Below, piece by piece: positions 36,131 to 50,056 of a stretch of DNA of 64,000 nt (positions are counted from its first letter, which is position 1; every line of letters starts with the position of its first letter). The stretch spans positions 45,324,001 through 45,388,000 of the forward strand of contig NC_045696.1 of the NCBI RefSeq assembly GCF_009834535.1, given 5' to 3'. Under the pieces are notes generated by a model that was not told where the DNA came from, did not search any database, and worked only from the letters and a program-made list of their open reading frames with translations. The translations under genes were made by a program, and so were the position numbers. This DNA comes from Camelus ferus (Eukaryota).

Positions 36131-38014
36131 CAATGTTGCTGGGTAATATTAGAGTAATACATGGTAGTAATGAAACCATTTCCTAGTGCAAGTATCACTT
36201 CCATAGAATGAAGTCATCATATACAGAGAGTTGTATCTTTATTTGTAATGGAATCTAAGCCAGAGAATTTCATTTTCAGACACACAATTCATCACCTCAG
36301 GCTAAGAGTTAGCTGGATACCTCTGCCAAATGTCAGCGATTCAATTATATTCCAACTGAGGTTTTATTCAGCCATTATTTTCGATTTGTTTTCAAAGCTG
36401 TACTCCTACTTGCAAGCTATCTTAGTTTTTGTTGTTGTCGTTGTTGTTACAAAGGTCCTAACACAGTGGATACTTCAAAGTTAAAATCTTAAGACTAACC
36501 ACAGAAACTTGATTTGGAAGCTAAGATCAAACATCCCTCAAAAACTTTCTTTATAAGATTTAAACCCTCAAATTCTCACTTCAATTTGCAAAAAAGAAGC
36601 TATTTAGTAAGAAGGCTTTACTGATTTTTAACCGAGTTTTTAAAAATTATATGCTACCAAAAAAAAAAAAACAAAGAAAGAAGAAAAATTGTTCTTGCTG
36701 TTGTACATTATGTGGTCAAAGGGGCAACTCCCTTAACTGACAGGAGGAAGTTAGCTGTTGGTTTCAAAATCACTCTTTCCAGAGAAGTAAGGTGTGTGAC
36801 TCAGATTTCCACAACAAGGTGGTCCTTGAGAGAAGACTTTAGATGCAGAAGGGTTATGTTAAATTCTTTGGTATAACTTATTATTTCCTTCATGCAAACC
36901 ACATGTCAGAGAATCTCATCTGAAAATGACACAAATTACATGTGCTTCTTCCTTTTCATTTTAAAATGGTTTTTATGTCTTTGGGTTTTCATGTGTTCTC
37001 TTGATAGGTATCTTTCTATAAATAAATGTACTTAGAATGAAAAAGTCATTCCAATCCTCAGTTGGGAGATCTTTTATATCCAACTCCCAGAGAGATGAGA
37101 TGAGATGTGATTTGAAACTGAACATATACAAACTGGCATATGGATTTCCACACTTTTCGAAGGTCTTGAACTGGTCAAAATGATAAAAAAAAAAAAAAAA
37201 TGAGGACGAAAAATAAGAGAACAAGAATTATCATTATCTGGGAACCCAGTGTACCCCTCATTCCACGGCAGGTATCTGTCACACAGTATTAGTCTTACTC
37301 CATTTTATTGATGAGGCATGTGATGTGTGGAGATTGAAAATAACTCTTCCCAAATTATGTATATATTGTAAGTACAGACACCAGGATTCAAAGGTAAAAT
37401 AAAAGCTCAGGATCTGTGTTGTTTCTATGGCTCTACTTTTAGGAATTTAGACCTAGAGTAGAGTGCTAACACTCTGAGGGTGGTTAATGCAGTGCAGACA
37501 CCCCCCTCCACCTCCAGAAAGTTGAAATTTTAAAAAATCTTAATTAAAAAAATGTTTTCAAAGTTAATGTTCCAACAGTAGTTTGGGTACCCACAAAAGA
37601 CAAATTTAATTGGGAAAGTACATCATTGACCTTTGATACGTGAGATTTCTGAAGAATTTCACACGTATTTAGGGTCAAGTGTCAAGCACTTTGTTTCAAA
37701 TATAAGATATATGCTTGGAAATTAGTTTGCCTGACCCTGGAACTTAGGTATTATATTAGCCCAGGGACTTTTGGATTGTAATCCATTTGGCATTATGCCA
37801 TCTTTCATAATTGTGTTTTTTTTTCCCCTTCATCAGTATCATAGTTTCCTATTAAACAGGAAGTGACTGATTACTGTAATCCATATAGAAGCTACCTGTC
37901 AGTATGATGCTTTTTCATTAGCATTTACTGCAATACAGAAGCCTTAGGTGTGCCCTAATCATGGGATTTCTTTTTAATGTTTCATATACATGAGAACTGA
38001 GCCTCTTGATTAGT

Positions 38015-38878
38015 TAATTCACTCAATTAATATTTACTTTATTGAGTGCTTTATCAAGATCTAGTCTTGTACACAGCATCAAAGATATAATGGTGAACAA
38101 ACGCAGTCCAGTGGGGGAGATACCAATCAAATAATCAGCAGTGACTGTAAAACTGCAGTTGTGTAAGTGCTAAAATGTATGGTGCTCTGAGATGGAGTAG
38201 TAAGGAAATTAACCCATGCAGAGAGATTGGGAAAGGTTTCCCTAGGGAAGTGAAAATTAATCTGAAATCTGAAGGACAAATATAAGTAAATTAGGACTGA
38301 GGGGAAGGAAAAAGAGTTCTTTCTTTTGAATCCTGGTTGCGGGGGTGGGTGCTGAGGAAGCAAGCCCAGGGGCACACTGGGCTGCAGCTGGGTAAGCAAG
38401 GGTAAGCAAGGCAGGGCAATGGGGAGCGAGAGTGAGGGCCAGTAAAAGAGGCTGAGTGGAAGATGAAAGGATTACAAGGCAGGGAAGAAAGGGAATTCAG
38501 GAAGGAGTGACAAAACCAGATCTGCGATGAAATGATTGCACAGGCTTCTGTAGATGCACTGGGGAAAACGCATGAGAGGGGATAAGAATGGATGTCAGCA
38601 GACTGCTTAAGAGGTGTCTGTAGCAGTCCAGTCTAGGGGAGTTGGCAGCCTGGCTAGGGTGGTAGTGAGGATGGAGGTATAGATAGAGAGCACATTGGAG
38701 AGGTGTGTCTAGATTATCTATGAGCAGACACTGGTACTGAATCAGGAATAAAAAGACAGGAGGTGAAGAAGAGTACTTGTTTAAAATGACTTGAATTTCT
38801 CACTCTCTGTGCTCCCAAACTGCGATGGCAGTAAAGAAAGATACTGAATCCAGTTTTGTACATACTGAGACTGGGGTA
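38015..38878 (-). mobile_element. LINE-2 (L2b/c-like) 3' region
   Basis: TTTATTGAGTGCTT...GATATAATGGTGAACAAA; GGGAAAGGTTTCCCTAGGGAAGTGA; purine-rich body. Confidence 0.8.
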
Positions 38879-40196
38879 GCTTACAGGTTTGTGTAAACCG
38901 TTTTTTGGTTTTTTTTTTTTTTTTTGTAATTAAATTTGTATTTTATCAAATACTTATACATTCCTAATTGACTTGGCAAAATAGCTGTATCTTTAATTTG
39001 CGTGCCTTAGACATTATATTTCCTAAATGAAGTCACTGCTTTTAAATGCTTCCCAGAAAACAAGTTAACTTAAGAAAATGAGTAACTTGTATTATTAAGA
39101 AATACAGATTGCAGGTGACAGAGGAAATGCAGCCTGTTCAGAGTTCTTAAGGCCATGAAACTTTGGAATGTTAATTAGAAAGCAAATCACAGATCCCCTT
39201 AAATTAGGGTCTATCTGTATTGTGATGAGGGGAAGTCACCTCAAATTCAGGTATCTGTTTCCTTTCTGTATTTCTCCTCTATGTACCTTTTATGGAAAAC
39301 AACAAAACTGCAACACAATTCTCTAGCAGTTTTTCTCCTGTAGGTTTTGCTTCCTTTTCATTAAGTAAAGACAACAATTCAATGTCAAATGAATTTTGTC
39401 ATCATGAACTTTTATTCAATGAGCAGTCACTTGCCACTGGGTACAGTGGAGGTAGAGCGATTTAACCATCTCTCCTTCTTTTATTTGTATAATTAAAAGA
39501 AACTTTATCTTTTCCAAGTCTGAGTACCTCTATGTATCTCCCTCCTCTGAGTTTAAGGTTCACAGTTGGTGTTTCTTCCCTATGTGTCTAGAGGTATATC
39601 AGTGAACTAACCTGATCCTCCCACCTATGAACTGCGGTAGACAAATATGAAAACAAAAATTAAAAATTTAGCTGGAACAGCACTTGTGGGAAATCTCAAG
39701 TAATCACCAACTGCTGTACAAAACAAAATTCATATATATATTTGTTTAGATGAATCCAGATGTATTTAACTGTATTTAGGCAATCTTGCAGATATTACAA
39801 CTTATTCTACTTTGCAGAAGAAAAGCAAAAGTTTAGGAATGGGGAATATTTATATTGCAGGTGATAGGGTGAGATAAAATCACTACTTATCCAAAAGTTG
39901 AAAGAAAAGAAAAAAATAGACTTTTATGTTCGGGAGGAAAGTCTGAAGAGTGCTGTAGATAAAGTTTGAGATTTTGTGACGACTTCTTGTTAGATGTCAT
40001 GTTTGAATTTTCTTGAAATCTACAAATGTAGTCAAATCTATCTTTCTTTAGGATATTCATATGCATCCAGCTTTTAAAAGAAGGATCATTTAATAATGCA
40101 GTAAATAAAAGCAACACTTTTCAGCCTCAAAATGGTATGGTCAGTAAGATAAGTCTATAAAGTTAAGACAACATGAAAGATAGATTTTTCCCCCCT

Positions 40197-40333
40197 TTTA
40201 AAAAAATGCCAATGACTGCCAAGGGCCACATCCCCAGAGGTCATGGTTCAATTACTAGGGAACGGGGCCTGGGAATCAATATTTTTAATGCTGTCAGGTG
40301 ATAGTGGTATGTAGTCTAGCTTGAGAATCACCT
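40197..40333. mobile_element. MER5B-like hAT-Charlie MITE (partial)
   Basis: GGGCCACATCCCCAGAG...GGGGCCTGGGAATC...CAGGTGAT...TTGAGAATCAC. Confidence 0.7.
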
Positions 40334-40510
40334 ATGTCAGAGATAGTTATGCTAGCTATAAGCCACATGTAAAATGAATCAAACATCTCTGTATGGCTAT
40401 CAGTCTATTGCTAAAGCTTCCTGGATATGGTGGGGCTATACAGAGTCTTTGTTTTGATGAAACTGGATAGCATATTTGAAAATTGATTTGACAAAAATGT
40501 TTTTTGTTTT

Positions 40511-40662
40511 TGGCTTTTTTTGTTGTTGTTGTTGTTTATTTGCATGGGGGCAGTAAGTAGGTCTACCTTTTAATTATTTTTTTAATGGAGGTACTGGGGA
40601 TTGGACCCAGGACCTCATGCATGCTAAGCATGCACTCTACCACTTGAGCTATACCCTCCCCT
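40511..40662 (-). mobile_element. Vic-1-type camelid SINE
   Basis: Reverse complement AGGGGAGGGTATAGCTCAAGTGGTAGAGTGCATGCTTAGCATGCATGAGGTCCTGGGTCCAATCCCCAGTACCTCCA; homologous to 14126-14301; TSD core GTTTTTTGTTTT at 40499-40510 and 40668-40679. Confidence 0.9.
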
Positions 40663-41759
40663 CAAGAGTTTTTTGTTTTAAATTCCTCCTATTATAATAA
40701 CCTTAAAAATAAGCCTATGACATTGGTATTAGTATTCTCCCTGTTGTAAAGATAATAGGCAAAAGGCTAGAGGACAGAGATAAGGCAAAAGAGCCTATCT
40801 AATTTTCAGATTCATGTACCTCAAAAGTGGTGGGTTTGGGACCAATCTCCCTGCTGCTGATGGCCAGACCTGCAAGTTTTCCTATAAGGTTATGCTGTCT
40901 GCCCTTTGCAGGTACATCTTAAAGCACTATTCTTGTCTCAAAATGACAGCACTCTTCTAGAGAGAAGAGAAATAGAAACCAAGAGAAAAACAAAGATTGG
41001 GAGGATTCAGAAACTGATATATTTGTAGAGTACAGTGTTCCACATTTTCAAAGCAATTTTTCTTTGTAATTGCCAAGGGAGAGAGGGCAACTGCAATTTT
41101 CTTCCATAAAGTCAAAGGGTAGTCTTTATAGAAGAAAAGAACACTTATGAGAAACTTCAAGAAGAGGTAGATTTGAAGGCCTCTCCCATGTGATTTCTTT
41201 TATTCAACATGTGAACCTATTAATTTAAATAAAAGGCACATAAATCTGATATTCTTACATATGGACTAAAGTCTGGACTTGGAGTTTGGTATCAGAAGAA
41301 TTTAGTTGCCTTTCGGTTTATGATCCCAGCCATTAAAACTAAGTCTCAAGTCCCTTATTCCCATAAAAAGATTCAAAGATTGAGACTAATTAGTTAATAA
41401 CCACATTTAAAAACTTGAAAAATGCTGCTTATGCTTTGTATCATCATTAATGTTGTACTGTAGCACCCAGCACGATGTGATGCCCACACAGGCACTTCAC
41501 AAATGTTCGCAGGAGGTTTGATGATTTTGTATGACTAAAAACCTTAGCACAAAAATTGGCTTTTATTACCTGGAATTTAGGGGAATATAATATCTTGCAA
41601 ATAAAAGGCATATCTTCTTACTCTCCTTAAGTGTTTTAACTTTCATAGAACATGGTTTGTTTCCTTTTTAATCATTTTAAAACCATGCAGAATCTAAAGA
41701 CAGGCTAAAATTTACCATCATGCTCAATTCCAAATGGAATAAGAAATAACACTCGCAGC

Positions 41760-41965
41760 ATCACAATTGCTAAAACTTACTGAGAACATAAAATGCTACA
41801 GTATATAATCCATCTGATTGCATGAGTTCTCTTAAAGGCCACGACGACTCATGAGGTAAGTACAACTATCACTTACACATACCCAATAAGGAAGTGGAAG
41901 ATTTAAGAGACATGTCCAGGGTCACACATTTAGTTAAATGGCAAGGCTGGAATTCAACTGGCTTC
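41760..41965 (-). mobile_element. MIR SINE
   Basis: TGTCCAGGGTCACACATTTAGTTAAATGGCAAGGCTGGAATTCAA. Confidence 0.65.
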
Positions 41966-42388
41966 GGTAGTTTTCATCTGTTTATACAGAAGGCAGACAG
42001 ACACAATTACAAGAATGGTTTGAAATAACTCCAGGTTTTTCCTACTCACTGACCATGCAGAATTCAAATCCTTAATGTGCATAATGGAGCCATTACTTCA
42101 CTCTGCTTTATAATTTCTCCTTAAACGTAGACAAATAAACTATTAGTTCATTCAAAACAGTCTGAGATAGAAATAGCAACTGATGTTTAAATCTTATAAC
42201 CAAGCCAGAAAACTATCTGTGTAAAAGGCTATACTGCCTTATTACTGTCTTATTTTGATTATATCAGCAAGTGAGAATCAATAGGTCAAGCAAGACCTGT
42301 GAATTAACGTTTATTTGTACACATGCTTTCTAATTGAAAGCAGTAATGTTGTGACTACTGGGAATGATACTTGTCATTAAGTAATTGA

Positions 42389-42582
42389 TAACAGAAGCTA
42401 AAATGTTTTGAATTCTCACTAAGTACTGATTACTAGTTAACATGTTCCATATGGATTATCTCACAGGAACCCTACGGGAAGGGAGAGGTTATTGATCCCA
42501 TTTTACAGGTGAGCTAATACATCTTGCCCAGTGGTGCATAGCTAGCAATTGACATTCTTACTTCAGAGCTCACTCTGAACTT
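42389..42582 (-). mobile_element. MIR SINE
   Basis: Core ATCCCATTTTACAGGTGAG. Confidence 0.7.
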
Positions 42583-42674
42583 TTAAATGATCTTGGTATG
42601 AAATTCTATTAATTTTGGAAGTCAAATGGAATGATTACATTATCAGCAATCTGATTTTGATTTGATTGTTTTAA

Positions 42675-42865
42675 AACCGGAAGTCCTGCATTCTACTTCT
42701 CATGCTACCACTCATTGACTGGTATCCTTAGATCAGTTAATTACCTCAAACTTAAGATAACAGCAATACCTCCCTCATACGATGGTGTAAGGTTTAGATA
42801 AACTAATCCATATAAGTCCTTTTAGCACAGAGGTAGGAAAATAGTGAGGGCCTATATTTATTATT
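42675..42865 (+). mobile_element. MIR SINE
   Basis: GATAACAGCAATACCTCCCTCATA...TTTAGCACAG. Confidence 0.55.
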
Positions 42866-44180
42866 TAATTTATCTGAATTCTGGTTCCATGAGTTGATTC
42901 AGGCTCTGAAAATAAGCAACAAATGCATTAGGCACCTTTGACTGCTTTCTTTGACTTTAGACTTAGCATCTTCACATTATGGAACAATCTAGTATAATTT
43001 GGCATTTGTAGAGTTCCCTATCTCACAGGATAATTAATATCACCAATAATCAGTCAACTTGTAAGCTGGCACAAAATTAGAAAACCCACAAGTTTCACAT
43101 GAAGAAACAGGCAAGCAAGTGGCAAGTCTTGCTGCAGGATACACTAGGACGCACTGAAATCAAGACGGACTGAGGACTAGCACTGAGGCATGCTACCTAA
43201 CCAGAGGAACCACTTATCTTCCCTGAAAGTTCTTGACAACCTGACTACTCAAAGAAGCAAAGACTCAATGACTCTAGGAAGATAGAAAAGACATCTAAGA
43301 AAGGAAATCTGACTACTCTTAGAGCCTGATACAGACCCTTGTTTGGTTCTGGATATTTTCTAACCACATTAAAGTTCTCTACACTGGACTTCTTCAGTTG
43401 TCTTGGCAAACTCTGCCTTAGATGAAACAGCAAGTAAGCTCTGCACAGGGGAGAGGAGAAAAAAAGTAACTGGCTGTGTTTCATTAACCCAATGTCTTCA
43501 AGAAAAAGCAAAGTTTTTCTTGGTTTGTGTGATGATCTAAAAACTTCAGAAAGGAAAATTTCTTCATTGGCTTATTTTTTACCAAGGCCATTATAGTATG
43601 TAAGCTGATAGCCATACTTGCATAAAAATAAATCCATATATACGTTTCTGTGGTACAGAGGCCTCACTGCAAGATGCTTTGTTTGATTACTAAAAGTATT
43701 CATCACATTAGGCCTGGCCTTTCCCCCATCCCCCTCATCTCTAACCTCTCCTTACACACACTAAAAACACTTGCTCTTATCACTTCACTGGGAATAAAAA
43801 CAGAATGATTTCAGTCTCATGAGTTAATTAAGATGAATAAAGTGGAAAAAAATTTAATACAATCCAAAGGTATGTATACACACATATATTCTTTCCTATA
43901 CTTTGGAGGAAGCTAGAAAGTAAGAGGTAATCAAATATATAAACTTGGTCATTTGATTTCACTTAAAATGCGACTAAAAGCCATTTGCACTAATCAAGAC
44001 ATTCATTGAGGTTAGGATCTGGGGATAGACAGTATACTACATGTTCTGATGGGATTTCAAATCACATTTTCTAGTCCAACTCTAAGATTTCCCTGATTTT
44101 TAAGGCAGAATGTTCTTTCTAAAGGGCATGGAGTAAATGAACTCTTAGTAAAAATGTTCTAGTAAAATTACAAATGTAAA

Positions 44181-44545
44181 GGCTTTGGGCAGAATGTTTG
44201 TGTCCCTCCAAAATTCATACCTTGATGCCCTAACCCCTAAAATGACAGTATTTGGAAGTGAGGCCTCTAGGATTAATTAGGGTTAGAATGACTCATCAGG
44301 GTGGGGTCTTCATTATGGGATGAGTGCCATTACAAAAAGAGTAACAGACAGTAAGCGACAGGAAATCTCTTTCTCGAGTGCATGTGAGGATGTAATGAGA
44401 AGATGGCCATTTGCAAACGAAGAGAGCATAACTAGACACCAAATCTGTCTCCTTGATCTTAGACTTCAGAACTGTGAGAAATAAATGTTTATTGTTTCAG
44501 CCATCCAGTCTATGGTATTTTGTTATAGCAGCTTAACAGGAAGTA
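44181..44545 (+). mobile_element. MaLR solo LTR (MLT1A-like)
   Basis: GAATGTTTGTGTCCCTCCAAAATTCAT...AGAACTGTGAGAAATAAATGTTT...GTCTATGGTATTTTGTTATAGCAGC. Confidence 0.9.
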
Positions 44546-44784
44546 TGGCCTGTCTTAGGCAACATAATAACCAAAGTAAAGTTTCTCTTTGCTAGGTGCC
44601 CATTTACTGTTCTCAGGACAGCTGCTCCCTTCTCATATTCCCCTCTTCCTTCCTACCTTCCCTAATTCTTGTCAAAGGTTTAACTGAGAGAGAAAATGTT
44701 AGGCAGACAAACTTAAGGTTTTTGCTTTTCAAAAGATATTTCCTCAAATTTACAGAAAATAAAGAGTTTCAGAGGGGGCCATTG

Positions 44785-45035
44785 AGATCTGAAACTTTAC
44801 ATAGCTCAGGGTCAGTAATTTAGGTTTTGAAATAAAATCATGTTTAAATCCCAGTTTTGATACTTCTTAGTTTTATTAACATGGGCAAATAATTTAAACT
44901 TCTGTTGAGCTTAGTTTCCTCATGTGCGTAAAAAAAAAAAAAAAAGAACAGCAATAGCTGTTACCTCAAGTTGAGAATTATGTGAGAATACCACAAAGCT
45001 CTGATTATAATGTCTAGTCCCTAACAAGAAATTAA
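44785..45035 (+). mobile_element. MIR SINE
   Basis: ATGGGCAAATAATTTAAACTTCTG...AGCTTAGTTTCCTCATG. Confidence 0.6.
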
Positions 45036-46046
45036 CAGCCAGCAAGGTGGATACTTTGCAGAAAATATAAGTAGTACCCCTTCAAATAATATCTATGACC
45101 AAAAACACAGCTTTCTGGCGGGACCGCTTACCATTGCTAGTCACAGATTGTCAGAACTTGATGGCATCTTAGAGATCATCCACTTGAAGCCACCTGGGGA
45201 CAGAGATGCAGAAGGATGTACCAGTTTGTCTTGGCTCAGGGGCTTTTGCTGCAGTTCTAGTTCTGTCCACTTTTAATTCTCTTCATGTCACTGAGAATTC
45301 TTGAGTCTCCAGGGAGCTGAAGATAGGAAATTTCATTTTGAACTAAAATATGTATGATCATTAAATATGTGTATTTTGCATAAGATTTAAGATTGAGACT
45401 TAAATTCTCCATTTCCTTTAACCATTCATTGCTCATTAAGCAACATTTCTGTTAATATCAAAATATCATTTATAGTAAACAAAATAAGTTTATGAAATGA
45501 TTTTCTGTCTTCTTTAAGCCCGCAAGGTGAGGTTCAATTCTATAGACACACCAACCTCCCCACCCCCCCACCCCCACAACAGCACACAGATATCCCAATG
45601 CTAAAAGGCATGCCAAGTTGTATATTGCTACATAACTTCAGAAAACAGAGCAATATAAATTTTTATGATTGTTGTTGTTTTTAAACATCCTGAAGTACAT
45701 TCTGAAGTCCAAGCAGAAAACCTCTTTTGAGTGAAACCAACCTCTGGACAGGGAACTGGCAAACATTTTCTATAAAGGAACAGATATAAATAGTCAAAGC
45801 TTTGTGAACCAAAGCCTTCTATTATGTTCTTTTGCTTTTAGAATATATATTCATTATCATCCAAATTTTCCCTTTAATCCAGGATTAAAAAGGACTTCCA
45901 AACTAACAACATAATAAAGTTTCTGGAAGCAATTATGTTACAAGGTCAAGCTTGAAAAAGAATGTTATCTAAGTTTAATATTTGGGGACCGAGAAGATCC
46001 GTCAGAAAACATAACTGTTTTTAAACTTCATGTGGTAGCTTGTGTA

Positions 46047-46635
46047 TGAAGAGGATCAGAATACGGCGTTCTAAAATATGCACCTTTGTCATACGGATTA
46101 TTTTGAGCTAAAGGCAATTAAGAACAAACAGACCCAGGAAGAGCTCTCTGACCTCCCCCATCTCCCTAAAAGCAGGGAGTAAATTCCCCTGGTGAAGGGG
46201 TGAAGGTGTGAAGGTGTCATAACTTCCCACTTCAAACTACCAAAAAGAGGAAAACAACACCATCACCAGAAATGGAGACGGAACCAAGATGAGTTGAATA
46301 AAATAACTTTACTGTATAACCCTGATCTAGCATTAGCTCCCCTCATATGTTTACTTTCCCCTAATCTACCATTACTAGAAGACCTAAAACTTTCTCCTTT
46401 GGTCATTTTTCCATAATTTATTGCCCTTTATTAAATAAAATGGTACATAAGCCCCCAGATCAAACTGCTTTTTGGGACTTTTTTTTTCCTTCCCTGTGCA
46501 GCCCCTGTGCACATAACATTAAAAATAAAATTTGTGTTTCTTTTCTCCTGTTAAACTGTCCTTTGTTAAGTTTAATTTGTAGGCTTCAGTAACAGAATAT
46601 AAGAAGACAGAGGAAAGGTTTTTTCCCTCTCTACA
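46047..46635 (+). mobile_element. ERV1 solo LTR (MER34-like)
   Basis: TG...CA ends (TGAAGAGGATCAGAATA ... CCCTCTCTACA); GGATTATTTTGAGCTAAAGGCAATT; AATAAA ~46524; 4-bp TSD-like TGTA / TATA. Confidence 0.85.
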
Positions 46636-47587
46636 TATACTTGTAAGTAATACACAAAACAGAGCAGAATCAAGGATAATACCTATGAAAAACCTCTTGC
46701 ACTACTGGAACATGAAGGCTGAGGGCAAAGAGCCATCTCTGCAGGATGAGGATCAAATTTTTAAGAGATGACCATGAAACACCTTGATTTTGCCACAGAT
46801 TGAATCGTCTAGTCTCTTGGTTGTCTGCACGTTCCTTTCCTAGCTTTCTTTTCCATCAACTTTTTTTGTTAATCTGAGTAACTAAAACCATTTTGTGTCC
46901 CCTAACACTAAATTTTTAAGCAAAGTGTTTCCAACTACAGTCTCATTAAGACAGTATGATTCCCAAATATACATATGTCATATTTTTCACTTTTTTAAAA
47001 TGTATCATCATGTAGTGATCAAGCCTTGGATCTTTTTCTACACAAAGCTGGTTGTGAATCTTGGATTCATCACTGATTTGCTGAGTATCCTTTAACAACT
47101 TTTTCAACTTCTTTCTGATTTAAAAAGAGAAAAAAAAAACTAATGTGAGGTCTTAACTTCTAGGGTTATTGTAATTAAACAAGATCAGGTGTGTAATATA
47201 TAATAAAATTGAATGTACAGGCAATTTTGAAGATAAGAAAAATGTAATTTTCATTTTATACAATGGATTATTGTTTTACATAAATTATAACACTGTAAAA
47301 TAAAGACATTCTAAAATCAAATATTAAAAATTAGAGTCATTCTGATACAGGACTATGGCAGTCATTTGCTCAAAAATATCCTAGATTTAATTTATTTTTC
47401 CATTGAATCTGCCACATAAGAAATACTGACAATTCCAAGAGCCTCTCTGTCTATTACTTCATAAAGAGAAAATTAATTATCTCTGGTGGCATATATACAG
47501 TTTTTGTTAAAGGGAAAAGTCATAAAGTAAAATTTGTTCTCACTAATTCTACTATTTAATTAATTATACAAAGCAATGACATAACTA

Positions 47588-49183
47588 TAAGAAAGAGGAA
47601 AAAACTGGAGAAATTACACTCTTTAATTTCAAACTATATTACAAAGCTATAGTAATCAAAATAGTAAGTAGTTGGCATAAAAACAAACAAATCAAGGAAA
47701 CAGAATAGAGATCCCAGAAATAAACCCATGCATATATGGTTAATTAATTTATTATGAAGGTGCCCAGAAGGGAAAAGGATAGTCTCTTCAATAAATGGTG
47801 GTGGGAAAACTGGAAAAGCCGCATGCAAAAGAATGATACTGGACCTCTATCTTATACCATACACAAAAATCAACTCAAAATGTACTGAAGATTTGAATAT
47901 AATACCTGAAACTATAAAACTTCTAGAATAAAATATAGAGGGTAAACTCCTTGTTGATGATTTTTTTTTTTTTTTTTGCATTTGACTCCAAAAGCAAAGG
48001 CAACAAAAGCAAAATAAACAAGTGGGATTACATTGATCTAAAATGCTTATGCACAGCAAAGGAAATGATTAACAACATGAAAAGACAATCTACAGAATGG
48101 GAGAACATCTCTGCAAATTATATATCTGATAAGGGGTTAATATCTAAAATATATAGAGAACTCATACAACTCAATAGCAAAAAAAAAAAAAAAATTGATT
48201 TAAAAATGGGCAGAAGAACTGAATAGACATTTTTCCAAAGAAGACATACAAATGGCCAACAGATACTAGAAAACATACTCAACATCACTTAATCATCAAG
48301 GAAATGCAAATCAAAACCACAATGAGATAATACCTCACACCTGTTAAATGGCTGTCGTCAAAAAGAGATAAAAAGTGTTGGCAAGGATGTAGAGAAAAGA
48401 GAACTCTATAGCACTATTGGTGGGAATGTAAATTGTTACAGCCAGCATGGAAAACAGTACGGAAGTTCTTCAAAATATTAAAAATAGAACTACTGTATGA
48501 TTCAGAAATTCTGTTTCTGGGTATATATCCCAAGGAAACAAAATCACAATCTTGAACAGATATCTGCACTCCCATGTTTATCACAGCATTATGTACAATA
48601 GCCAAGGTTTGGAAATATACAGTTAAGTATCCACTGGCTGATGAATGGATGAAGAAAATGTGATACATCTATCATATATATACACAATGGACTATTATTC
48701 AGCCATCAAAAGATAGAAATCCTGCCATTTGTGTCAACATAAATGGACTTTGAGGGCATTATGCTAAGTAAAAAAACTTAAACAGAGAAAGACAAATACT
48801 GTATGACTCACTTATATGCAGAATCTTAAAAAAGCAAACTCACGTAAACAGAGAACAGAGTAGGGGCTGGGGGTGGGAGAAATGAGTATAGGTGGTCAAA
48901 AGGCACAAACTTCCAGTTAAAAGATAAATAAGTTCTGGGGATGTAATGTACAGCATGGTTATTCTAGTTAACAATACTCTGTTGTACATTTGAAAGTTGC
49001 TGAAAGAATAGATCTTAAAAGTTCTCATCACACACAAAAAATGTGCAATTATGTCCAGTGATGGATATTATCTAAACTTACTGTGCTAGTCATTTCCTAG
49101 TATATGCATATATCAAATCATTATGTTGTATACCTTAAATTAATACAAGTTTATATACCAATTATATCTTAATAAAACTGGAA
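47588..49183 (+). mobile_element. 5'-truncated LINE-1 (L1MA9-like 3' UTR): ORF2 3' part plus 3' UTR
   Basis: [29 protein letters not shown] (ORF 47951-48226) and REMQIKTTMR-type motifs; 3' UTR with TTTGAAAGTTGCTG...AGATCTTAAAAGTTCTCATCAC; AATAAA at the end. Confidence 0.95.
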
Positions 49184-49552
49184 AGAGCATAATATAATTA
49201 GTGAAGAAGGAAGAACAGTTATTTGGGTGATCATTCTTAAACTACTGTTCGCATTTGATCTATTAGTGCTAGTTTAAAAGGTGGAAGTGAGTACAAGAAA
49301 ATCCACGGTACATTGGAATGTGCAATTCATATTTCCACTTTTATTTCACAGTTGTGGTTGGCCTTGCATAATTTGTGTTGCTAAATGGTTACTTTAGAGT
49401 GAGAAAAACACTGACCACCTCCTAACATCTCTAGAACTTTTGTGCACTTGGGAGATGATGGTCAAGATCAGAGTTACTATGTAGATTCTAAGCATCAACA
49501 TTATGAAAGACAGGACTTTCTTCTCTCTTTCCTTTCAATCAGCCATTTAAAA

Positions 49553-49585
<33 letters not shown>

Positions 49586-50012
49586 CTTACCTTGCTAACT
49601 ACCAAGTTCCTTTCAAATTATTTAGCAGTTCTTATTACTTACTATTTCTTTGTTCGGTGTTTGTTTTTATTTTAACATAACAATTTAATAAAGCTTTATT
49701 TCCTCCAGGCACTATTAAAAATTTGCCTATTTTTCCCTGCAAATCTTTGAATTCACTTAGGTGGAGTGAGCTTTTTATGAGCTCTATTAAATCTAAGAGA
49801 AAAAAATCCTTGCCCCAAATATATAGCAGCATTGGCAAGGGTTGGTAAACACTAAAGGAAACAAACTAACTCTAAAGTTTATTCTGTTATAACAAACGTA
49901 GATACAGAAGCTCATGGGACGTGTGCACTGAAGGTTGCCCTGGTTGTGGTGGGTGTGGGGAAGTGATGAAAAACTAAACTTTTTTCAGACTAAAATTCTC
50001 TATTCAGATATG

Positions 50013-50056
50013 GACCAAAAGATCCTTTAAGGCAGACCAAAAGATCTTAAGGCAGA
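50013..50056. repeat. Imperfect ~22-bp tandem duplication
   Basis: GACCAAAAGATCCTTTAAGGCA followed by GACCAAAAGATCTTAAGGCAGA. Confidence 0.85.

Noticed and set aside
45558..45575. C-run able to form a minus-strand G-quadruplex
   Set aside because: Simple (CnA) repeat with no promoter or other functional context.
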